A DNA stretch of 64,000 nucleotides from assembly GCA_036785375.1 (NCBI GenBank), contig JAWMAR010000136.1:1860001-1924000 (forward strand), given 5' to 3'. A model generated the notes under the pieces. The model was given only the letters and a program-made list of their open reading frames with translations, was not told the origin of the DNA and ran no database searches. The translations under genes were made by a program, and so were the position numbers. Source of the stretch: Leucoraja ocellata (Eukaryota). This document shows positions 55,035 through 64,000 of the stretch, in pieces; positions within the stretch are counted from its first letter, which is position 1, and every line of letters begins with the position of its first letter.

Positions 55035-55335
55035 TAAGGAGTAGAATTAAGCAATTAGGCCCATTGAGCCTATTCCACCATTCAATCATGGCTGATCTCT
55101 GCCTCCTAATCCCATTTTCTTGCCTTCTCCCCATAACCCTTGACACCCGTTCTAATCAAGAATTTGTCTATCTCTGCCTTAAAAATATCCACTGACTTGG
55201 CCTCCACAGCGCTCTGTGGTAATGAGTTCCACAGATTAACTATCCCCTGACTAAAGAGGTTCCTCCTCACCTCCTTTCTAAAAGAGTGCCCTTTAATTCT
55301 GAGGCTATGACCTCTGGTCCTAGACTCTCCCACCC
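55035..55335 (-). mobile_element. CR1 LINE 3' fragment
   Basis: ORF ESRTRGHSLRIKG..FSQGIVNLWNSLPQ..FKAEIDKFL. Confidence 0.88.
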
Positions 55336-55947
55336 ATGGTCCGAGGCTCTCCCACCAATCCTTTCCACATTCACTCTATCTATGCCTTTCATTATTCATC
55401 TGAAGATTCAGATTTGTTTTGTTTTTAAATTGTCATATACACTAAGGTACAATGAAATTCTGGTTTCACATGAAGCTCTGAGAGTAACGAGTTTACATGG
55501 TAATGATAAATGTAACAATAAATACAATGAAGTGCACAAAACAGCAGGTGGTGCAAAGATAGCAGTGCAATCTGAAGTCGTTTATAAAGAAATTGCAATA
55601 ACTGAATAAACAAATGATGTAATTTTAAGACTCAGAGTATGTGGCAGAGAAGTCCCTGACAAAGAGCAATCCAACCAAAACCTCAACGGTGGAACAAGCG
55701 GAGGACGATGGCTGACCTAAGTGGAGCGTCACAACGGCTGGGAAGACGGATGAAGGCTGCAGCAGTAAAGGGTCTCTGGTTGTCTTGGACTCCATGTCAC
55801 TGGATCCTGACCCAGATCTGTCAAGGATCTGGCTGTCTGTGCACCAGTCTCCCTATGCTAAACAAAGTCATGCACATGATCAGCCACGACCGCAGGGGGC
55901 CTTAGGTAATACCTATTCACACAGCTCTGATTACCTTTTAATCTACG

Positions 55948-56169
55948 GTAGACAAAAAGCTAGAGGAACTCAGCAGGTGAGGCAGCATCAAAGAATGGGT
56001 GATGTTTTGGGTCAGAGACGCATCTTCAGACTGATGTGGGAGTGGGGGACGGGAAGAAGAAAGGAAGAGGCGGAGACAGTAGGCTGTGGGAGAGCTGGGA
56101 AGGGGAGGGGAAGGAGGGAGAAAGCAAGGACTACCTGAAAAATTGGAGGTCAATGTTCATACCGCTGGG
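55948..56169 (-). mobile_element. 3' fragment of a related Penelope-like element
   Basis: The reverse complement starts with CCCAGCGGTATGAACATTGAC (PSGMNID, compare PGGMNIE at the end of the 57750 ORF), then a pyrimidine-rich UTR and a degenerate hammerhead repeat. Confidence 0.8.
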
Positions 56170-56589
56170 TATTGAAAAATGTTTTATTCTTAAAATAAAA
56201 AGAGTTGTTTTGAAGTTTGAATGCAAGTTTATATTGTACTTAATGGGAAGAGATTAGTGTTCAGATTTTATATTAAAACCCAACCCAATCATGACCAATT
56301 CAGCACAAGACTAGGACTTAAACCGATTTGACTATTGCATTAAATAAACACCAAATGGTAAGCTCATGGTTAGAAGGAGTGATAGTTTTTGGCCCAAAAT
56401 CGTGTATATTCTTTTGTGATATGTTACCACCTGGTGCTTAAATATTACAGAGTAGATGGGCACCATTTGACCCATGGAATCTGTCCCATTCTTCCTCTCC
56501 TAACTTCAGGAAGCGGTGTACTCACCCTGGCTGTATCAATAGTGTTGAAGTGGAGATAGTCAAGAGTTTTAATATCACCTGACTTTGTT

Positions 56590-57350
56590 CTGGACTAATC
56601 ACGTTGAAGCTACACCAGTGCCTTTACTTCCTCAGAAGACTAAGGAAGTTTAGCATGACTCTGACAACTCATACCAATTTATTCAGATGCACTGTAGAAA
56701 GTATCCTTTCAGAATGCATCACAGCTTAGTTTGACGACAAGACGCCAAAAAATTGCAGAGAGTTGTGGACGCAGACCCTTGGTCCCAATATTAACCCCAT
56801 CTACACTTCACACTGCCATGAGAATGCAGTCAACATAATCACAAACCTTTTCACATTGGTCATTCCCTCCTCTCCCCCCTCCCATCAGACAGAAGATGCA
56901 AAAGCTTGATAATGCCAGATTCAGGAACAGCTTCTTCCCCGACTGAATTCTCCTCCCATAAGCTGGGGAGTACGACCCATCTTCTGACCGTTGCAATTTT
57001 CTTTGTAATTGTAATGCTATATCGTTGTAACACCATATTCTGCACTCTTGTAATATTTGCCTTTGCACTATCTGTTGTGTTCATATATGGCTTTGTATTT
57101 GTCATATATGATTATAGTTATGTACAGTATGATCATTCCGGTCAGCATGCAAACAAACTTTTCACTACATCTTATTGCATATCTTCTTCTTGCATATGGA
57201 GTGCACAGCCAAAAATTGCAGGACAACTTGTTCTATTTGATCTTATTTGATTGTGCATGCCAGGTTGATTGCATTCACTGAAACAGGGCAGACCACGTGA
57301 ATGTTGCAATCTCCCACCCCTTAGTGCACATGACAATAATAAACCAACAC
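56590..57350 (+). mobile_element. Degenerate Rex1/Babar- or L2-type LINE 3' fragment
   Basis: Residual QCLYFLRRLRKFSM..RCTVESILS..CIT and gattcaggaacagcttcttccc; ends in catgacaataataaacc. Confidence 0.65.
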
Positions 57351-57749
57351 CTATAACATCCACGCAAGTTATTCTCTATAATATGCTCATGAACTCACCT
57401 TTCATTCTTTTCATCGCTCACCAAAGCTAATGGGCATATTTAAATTCTGTCGCCAATTAGCGTGACTTTGGACATATGTGGAAGCCGGAACATCTGGTGG
57501 AAAACCATGCAGTCACCGGGAAAATGTATAAACTGCACACGGATAGTATCCAAGATCAGGACAGACCTCAGATTCCCGAAGATGGCAGGCAACAATACTA
57601 GTTACATTAGACTTTAGAGATACAGCACGGAAACAGGCCCTTCGGCCACCCGAGCCCGAACCGACCAGTGATCATCCCATACACTAGAACCCTACACACT
57701 AGGGACAATTTACAATTTACGGAAGCCAATTAATCTACAAACCTGCAAC

Positions 57750-59024
57750 CTATACCCAGCCACTGACACTCTCCTCCGCCTAGCGGAGCTGGTCCTTACC
57801 CTCAATAACTTCACGTTCGACTCCTCCCATTTCCTCCAAATACAAGGCGTAGCTATGGGCACACGCATGGGCCCCAGCTATGCCTGCCTATTTGTAGGTT
57901 ACGTCGAGCAATCCTTGTTCAATACATACCAGGGCCCCATCCCCGACCTCTACCTCCGTTACATTGACGACTGCTTTGGTGCCACCTCCTGCACCCGCAC
58001 ACAACTGACTGACTTCATCCACTACACCACTAACTTCCATCCGGCACTCAAATACACCTGGACCATTTCCGACACTTCCCTACCATTCCTTGACCTCACT
58101 ATCTCCATTGCAGGTGATAGACATCTGACCGACATACACTATAAACCCACTGACTCCCATGGCTATCTGGACTACACTTCTTCCCACCCTGCTTCCTGTA
58201 AGGACTCCATCCCCTACTCCCAATTCCTCCGTCTACGCTGCATCTGCTCCACGGATGAGGCGTTCCACACCAGGACATCTGAAATGTCCTCATTATTCAG
58301 GGAACGGGGGTTCCCCTCCTCCACCATAAATGAGGCTCGCACAAGGGTCTCTTCCATACCCCGCAACACTGCTCTCTCTCCCCATCCCCCCACTCGCAAC
58401 AAGGGCCGAGTCCCCCTAGTCCTCACCTTTCACCCCACCAGCCATCACATACAAAAAGTAATCCTCCGTCAGTTTCGCCACCTCCAACGTGACCCCACCA
58501 CTCGCCACATCTTCCCATCTCCCCCCATATCTGCCTTCCGCAAAGACCGCTCCCTCCATAACTCCCTTGTCAATTCTTCCCTTCCCTCTCGTACCACCCC
58601 CTCCCTGGGCACTTTCCCTTGCAACCGCAAGAGATGCAACACTTGTCCCTTTACCTCCCCCCTCGACTCCGTTCAAGGACCCAAGCAATCGTTCCAGGTG
58701 CGACAGAGGTTTACCTGCATCTCTTCCAACCTCATCTATTGCGTCCGCTGCTCTAGATGTCAGCAGATCTATATCGGTGAGACCAAGCGGAGGTTGGGCG
58801 ATCGTTTCGCCGAACACCTCCGCTCGGTCCGCAATAACCAAGCTGACCTCCCGGTGGCTCAGCACTTCAACTCCCCCTCCCACTCCATCTCCGACCTCTC
58901 TGTCCTGGGTCTCCTCCATGGCCACAGCAAGCAGCACCGGAAATTGGAGGAACAGCACCTCATATTCCGTTTGGGGAGTCTGCATCCCGGGGGCATGAAC
59001 ATCGAATTCTCCCAATTTTGTTAG
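57750..59024 (+). CDS. Penelope-like reverse transcriptase/GIY-YIG endonuclease ORF (N-terminally truncated)
   Basis: The frame is open upstream of the ATG at 57855 (LYPATDTLLRLAELVLTLNNFTFDSSHFLQIQGVAMG). Motifs are GxAMG, YLRYIDD, LPFLD, YKPTD, a CxxxxCxxC linker and LIYCVRC..IYIGETKRRLGDRFAEH. There are no internal stops. Confidence 0.92.
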   Translation, partial: LYPATDTLLRLAELVLTLNNFTFDSSHFLQIQGVAMGTRMGPSYACLFVGYVEQSLFNTYQGPIPDLYLRYIDDCFGATSCTRTQLTDFIHYTTNFHPALKYTWTISDTSLPFLDLTISIAGDRHLTDIHYKPTDSHGYLDYTSSHPASCKDSIPYSQFLRLRCICSTDEAFHTRTSEMSSLFRERGFPSSTINEARTRVSSIPRNTALSPHPPTRNKGRVPLVLTFHPTSHHIQKVILRQFRHLQRDPTTRHIFPSPPISAFRKDRSLHNSLVNSSLPSRTTPSLGTFPCNRKRCNTCPFTSPLDSVQGPKQSFQVRQRFTCISSNLIYCVRCSRCQQIYIGETKRRLGDRFAEHLRSVRNNQADLPVAQHFNSPSHSISDLSVLGLLHGHSKQHRKLEEQHLIFRLGSLHPGGMNIEFSQFC

Positions 59025-59136
59025 TCCTTGCTGTCTCCTCCCCTTCCTCAGTCCCCCTGCTGTCTCCTCCCATCCCCCAGCCTTTGGGCTCCTCCTCCTT
59101 TTTCCTTTCTTGTCCCCGCCCACCCCCGCCCCCGAT

Positions 59137-59172
59137 CAGTCTGAAGAAGGGTTTCGGCCCGAAACGTTGCCT
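59137..59172 (+). ncRNA. Minimal type I hammerhead ribozyme core in the PLE 3' repeat
   Basis: CTGAAGA (59141-47), GGG..CCC stem II, then GAAAC-GTT with a loopless palindromic stem III, as described for PLE hammerheads. Confidence 0.7.
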
Positions 59173-60423
59173 ATTTCCTTCGCTCCATAGATGCTGCTGC
59201 ACCCGCTGAGTTTCTCCAGCTTTTTTGTGTAATCTACAAACCTGCATGTCTTTGGAGTGTGAATAGAAGCTGGAGCACCTGGAGAAAACCCATGCAGTCA
59301 CAGGAAGAATGTACAAACTCTGTACAGACAGCACACGTGGCCAGGATCTAATCTGGGTCTCTGGCACTGTAAGGCAGCACCTCTACCACTGCGCCAACCC
59401 AAACCCTAATGTACAATCAGATCATATATCCAAGAAGATACAACATTCTCCAGACAAATGTTTGAATTTATTTATTTGCCTTTTACTTCAAAAGTGGACG
59501 GAGGGTCAAATTGGATTTCGAGATTCAAGGCGACCACCTTATTGAATCAACTATTTAAAAAAATTAGAGATTTTGATAAAAATCAGCTTTGATTCTCTCA
59601 ATTTGTAGTTAAAGTTCTTCCAATATAGCACTATTGAAAATATAGCAATGATTATGTGACTGTACTGGTTGCTGTAATCACATTCAGAACATTTTAATGA
59701 ATGCGCTTCTTCAATAAATGTCATGAAGTGATAATAGAAGGGTCATATCTGTAGGGATTTAACAGAAAAGCTGCAAATTAGTCATCTGAATTATTTCTGA
59801 TTCTAAAGTGTGATTCTGATTTCATTCTATTGTTAAGTATGAGCTCCACACAAAGCATTCCTTTATTCAAGTTGGGAACACAGGTTGCAAAGCAGGCGTG
59901 GGGTTTGTAGAACACTGTAGTGTGAAATATTTTAGGAAAAAAAATCATGGAACAACTTACTGCAAATTGCAATCTGGTGGGCAAAAGCAAATCAAGTGAA
60001 ATAATTTAGGCCAAGAGGTTTCAACCTGATCACTGGGCTAACGCTGGGGTTCAGCCACTTATCTCTGTGTGAGACTCAATTCCAAGTGCTGATCAGTCTG
60101 GAGAAAGCAGAGGCACCTTCTGCTTTGGTGCCATGCCAGCATTCACCTGGAGTACCTTTGGGAATTTCTACAGGCTTCCCAGCTCTCAAGCTAAGGTGGC
60201 TCATAAAAGATGGAAGGGTTTCGACATGCCTATCCATGTTCTCCAGAGAGTCTGCTTGATGGCTCCAGAACTTTGTGTCCTTTTATGGCACCTAAAATGT
60301 GGCGACTCTTGTATACTGACTCAGTGTGGTCAATTATCTTACACTCTTATACTTCGTAGGATTGCCATTGAACTGAATGTAGAAAATAATGTAACTGTAC
60401 TTAGGTACACATGACAATAAAGT

Positions 60424-60708
60424 AGAACCAAGGAGCTGCAGATGCTGGTTTACACAAATGGACATAATGTGGTGGAATAACTCAACTGGTCAGGCAGCAT
60501 CTTTGGAGAATATGGATAGGTGACATTTCACCTTGGGGCCCTTCTTCAGACTTAGGATTCAAGTCGACCAGTTTATTGAAACAATTATTTAAAAATTGAG
60601 AGATTTTGATAAAGGGTGAAGGGTCCCAACCTGAAACACCACCTATCCATGTTCTCCAGAGATGGTACCTGACCCGCTGAGTTACTCCAGCAATCTGTGT
60701 CCTCATGA
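60424..60708. mobile_element. Inverted pair of PLE-derived repeats, flanked by an 11-bp duplication
   Basis: Minus copy at ~60428-60550 and plus copy at ~60616-60702. GACAATAAAGT occurs at 60413-60423 and 60709-60719. Confidence 0.65.
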
Positions 60709-62999
60709 GACAATAAAGTGCAATTGAACCATTGAAAAGAAGTTGGCTGAGTCTCCATCAATTAAATCTCATGGATTATAATGAATGAGAGATTTTGCAG
60801 CTTGAGAAAAGGAAGAGATATTGTTTTACTTATTTAAGTAATATCAATTTAATTATTATGCAATTACTAATATAATCTATGTGTTAATACATTGATTTTA
60901 TTTGATTATCTAGTTTCAATACCACAGTGATTTTGTTTCAAATACAAGCCAGACCAGGTAAGATTAGGAGATTTCCTTTCCTGAAGATAAGACCATGAGA
61001 CGTATGAGCAGAATTGGGCCATTCAGCCCATCAAGTCTACGCCAACGTGGCTAACCTGCGTTTCCCTCTCAACCGCATTCTCCTGCCTTCCACCGTAAAC
61101 TTTGACACCTCAGCATCACTATTCTACACAAATATCCCTTGGTTTTCTCAATACCCAAACATCAGCGAACCCTTGTCTCAAATTTACTCAGTGACTGAGC
61201 CTTAATGTCCTGCGTGAGTAGAAAATGTCAAAGATTTATCATCTCTGGATAAAACATTTTCTTTTCATTTTTGGCCTGAGCGGCTAATGCCTAATCTTGC
61301 TGCGACCTCTGGAACTAGACAGCCCGGCTCGGAGAAGCATTAACTTTACATTGACCCTGCCAAGCCCTATAAGGATTCCTTGCATTTCCAATAAGAACAC
61401 CCATCATTCTGCGAAAATCAGAAGAGTAAATTCCATGACTACTTAATCTCCCCCTTATTACAAACTAACCTAGAATTGCAGGAATTAATACAATCATTCT
61501 TTGGACACTCCTATAATCACCGATATCCATGCTGAGGGAGGGAGAACTAACCTGTATTCTGGATGTGAGCCTGAGATAATCGAAACATGATGAATTAAAA
61601 CATTTCGCAATAAGTTAGTCTGCACCTCAATTGCAAACTGCACCTTCTCAGATCCTTTGAAACTCCAATACCTTTTAATCTCTCACCATTTCTATTGTTA
61701 TACCATGTGAATGATTTTCTATTTTTCCATATTATATTCTATTAGCCTTGTCCTCATCCATACAACTAGCATTCTCTTGAAACCTCTCTGGACCCCTGAC
61801 TTACCCATGGTCCTTGTGCACTTTGCAGATTGCATTCAAGAATATAAAATCTATCATGTAGCACAATACCTTGGAAGATGTAATAAATGTAAAAAGGTGA
61901 CGTGCCCAAGAGGGTTCCATAGTGAGCAATGGATTCATGACCAGAGCTAGTGTGTGTAGATATGTTAGATATCTGGTGGCTAAATTAGATGGAAGAAGTT
62001 AGCCTACTTTCCATCCACATAGTGCACTGATGTTTCAGTTTAAATTGCCTGCTCATCTCTATTGTGGTGGAGGGAATTGTCTTTAACTCTAAGATACAAA
62101 TGCCACTATAGATTTATGATTGACATTTTGGACATATATCAATTTCTTCCAATGAAATATTTCAAAATCTTGCTTTAACCTACAGTAATACTATTTAGTA
62201 GTTACTGGATAAAATTCAGATTCTGTTTGAGAATCTGGATTTCTTTATCTCCTGAGAGATATTGATGATTCCTACACAAACATTTGTTTTAAAAAGTATG
62301 ACAAAATAATATTTTTTCAAAAAGACAAAACTACTTATTATTATTGATCCTTTTGGCTAAATGACAATTTAGTCTGGGCAATAATAGAAAAGCTCTAAAT
62401 CAATAATTCATTTCACAATCAGCTCATCAAACAATCTTCACATATCAAACATTGTCATCTGTGCTAGAAATGTTGAATTGTTACGGACAGTGTGTTTAAA
62501 TCTGAATTAACAATGCCCTTGCAGAAAACAAAGTCCAAATAAGGTCAGACAAATCATAAACTGAAATGATTCAGGCTCATTTTGGTTGCTCACTCTGGCT
62601 TTTATCAAAGCAAATATTCTTGAGTAGCACCTTAAAATTGTAATAATAATGATTAGTGTGGTCTGTATGACTTTGTATTGACATTTTACTGACAGACTAA
62701 CATCAAAGATTAGCTCTCACAATCCGAAGCTCAAATGAAGACAGCAGTAACAGCACATTATTGTTATTCCCATCAATAATTCAAATGGTCCATTAGATTT
62801 GTGTCCATAGGTTGTCACAGAGTTTAAAGGGAAGCAAAATGTTCATCAAAAGCAAATTACACCGAGTCTGTTACTCATTCGGGGAATTTAACCCCAGAGC
62901 CATCAGTGGGGTTTTCAGCAATGATTTCAGCAATCTTACAAAAATAACCTAACTGTTGTGATCAGATTATTAATGTTTCAACCCAGAACCACAAAAGAA

Positions 63000-63090
63000 G
63001 TCTAAAGAAGGGTCTTGACCCGAAACGTCATCCATTCCTTCTCTCCAGAGATTCTGCCTGTCTGCTGAGTTACTCCAGCATTTTGTGTCT
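63000..63090 (+). mobile_element. 91-bp PLE-derived repeat with 13-bp TSD
   Basis: AACCACAAAAGAA at 62987-62999 and 63091-63103. The core is CTAAAGA (mutated)...GAAACGTC. Confidence 0.8.
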
Positions 63091-63804
63091 AACCACAAAA
63101 GAAAACCTTGAAGAATAGCATATCTATGGATCTTCTGCTAACAGTAATCATGAGAAGCTCCCAGGACACATACATGGACTTTTTCCTTGTTTATTTTTTT
63201 AGATATACACTCAAGTGAAAATCCAGCAAGCATTAAGTGCACAAACCCTATTGTTGTTGGTGGACCAGGTCACAGTTTTAATTTAACACTTAGAAATGAG
63301 GAATTTAGATGTGAGAGGAGGGAAGAACAGGTACAAATTTTGATAAGGCATTACCAAAAGTAAATCATTAACATTGTGACTTGTTTCAAGTGATAGACAG
63401 AATCAATATTAATATTGTGACATATCACCATCACTTTAAAGGTTTATTTAATCACTGAGTTACACACCACACTCTTAGTTAATAAAATATCCGGGCCTAC
63501 AAGTTTGATGGATCCTGCAAATGTTCAGGCAGAAGGTAGAGTGCACATTGCACATGGCTGTTGCTGAGTATTCAGTATCGAGGCTTCAGCTAATGGTCAT
63601 GCCGTCCCCTGATTACAATCACTCAGGTACGGTGTCTGTGTTATTCATTAGCTGCACATCTTTGGATGGGAGGAGAGTGCTTATAAAAGGTCCATGAGGG
63701 CAATTATAAGGAGGCATTCACATTCCAGTTGCAAGATAAGTGGTCGGAGCAATGTAATCTTTTTTGGGACATTCAGTCAATCTGTCAGATGCTGCTTTCA
63801 TAAG

Positions 63805-64000
63805 ATCATATGGTCATAAGCGATAACAGTAGAATTAGGCCATTCAAGTCTACTCTGCCATTGAATCATGGCTGATCTATCTCTCCCTCCAAACCCCATT
63901 CTCCTGCCTTCTCTCCATAACCTCTGACACCTGTATTAATCAAGAATCTATCTATCTGTGCCTTAAAAAAATATCCACTGACTTGGCCTCCACAGCATTC
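63805..64000 (-). mobile_element. CR1 LINE 3' end (runs off the window)
   Basis: Near-identical to part of the 55035 copy. Confidence 0.8.

Larger units (their letters stand above)
57748..59229 (+). mobile_element. Penelope-like retroelement (Neptune-type), 5'-truncated, with 17-bp TSD
   Basis: Flanked by TAATCTACAAACCTGCA at 57731-57747 and 59230-59246. It contains an RT + GIY-YIG ORF and a 3' terminal segment with a hammerhead core, and it interrupts a SINE. Confidence 0.93.
57607..59397 (-). mobile_element. V-SINE split by the Penelope insertion (57607-57747 plus 59230-59397)
   Basis: The two halves join into one SINE across the duplicated 17-mer. Confidence 0.85.

Noticed and set aside
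58416-59123. 235-aa minus ORF and 169-aa alternate plus ORF
   Set aside because: These are shadow frames of the C-rich Penelope ORF.
53284-64000. Search for the upstream Ig2 exon of the IgLON gene
   Set aside because: No matching exon was seen; it probably lies beyond the window end.
1-64000. CRISPR arrays or prokaryotic operons
   Set aside because: The sequence is eukaryotic, and the repeats are dispersed retroelements rather than regularly spaced arrays.

Overview
This is vertebrate genomic DNA, most likely from a cartilaginous fish such as a skate or ray; the organism is inferred from the repeat content (HE1/V-SINE-like SINEs, CR1 fragments, abundant Penelope-derived short repeats). The window holds the 3' half of a minus-strand IgLON neural adhesion gene of the OPCML/neurotrimin subgroup. 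It has two Ig3 exons (53163-53283, 49247-49398), a 36-nt neural-type microexon (37859-37894) and a GPI-signal exon (18342-18445). There are also further candidate microexons and a possible distal terminal exon/3'UTR at the window start. The rest is intronic or intergenic sequence full of retroelements. The most notable items are: (1) a 5'-truncated, uninterrupted Penelope-like element with a 17-bp TSD whose 3' end carries a minimal hammerhead ribozyme core, plus about 15 short related copies, several with TSDs or inverted arms; (2) a young teleost-type L2 LINE nested in a CR1; (3) a ~600-bp local duplication flanked by a 16-bp target-site-like duplication; (4) candidate splicing routes to secreted, non-GPI IgLON isoforms. 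All comparisons to known proteins are from memory; no searches were run.
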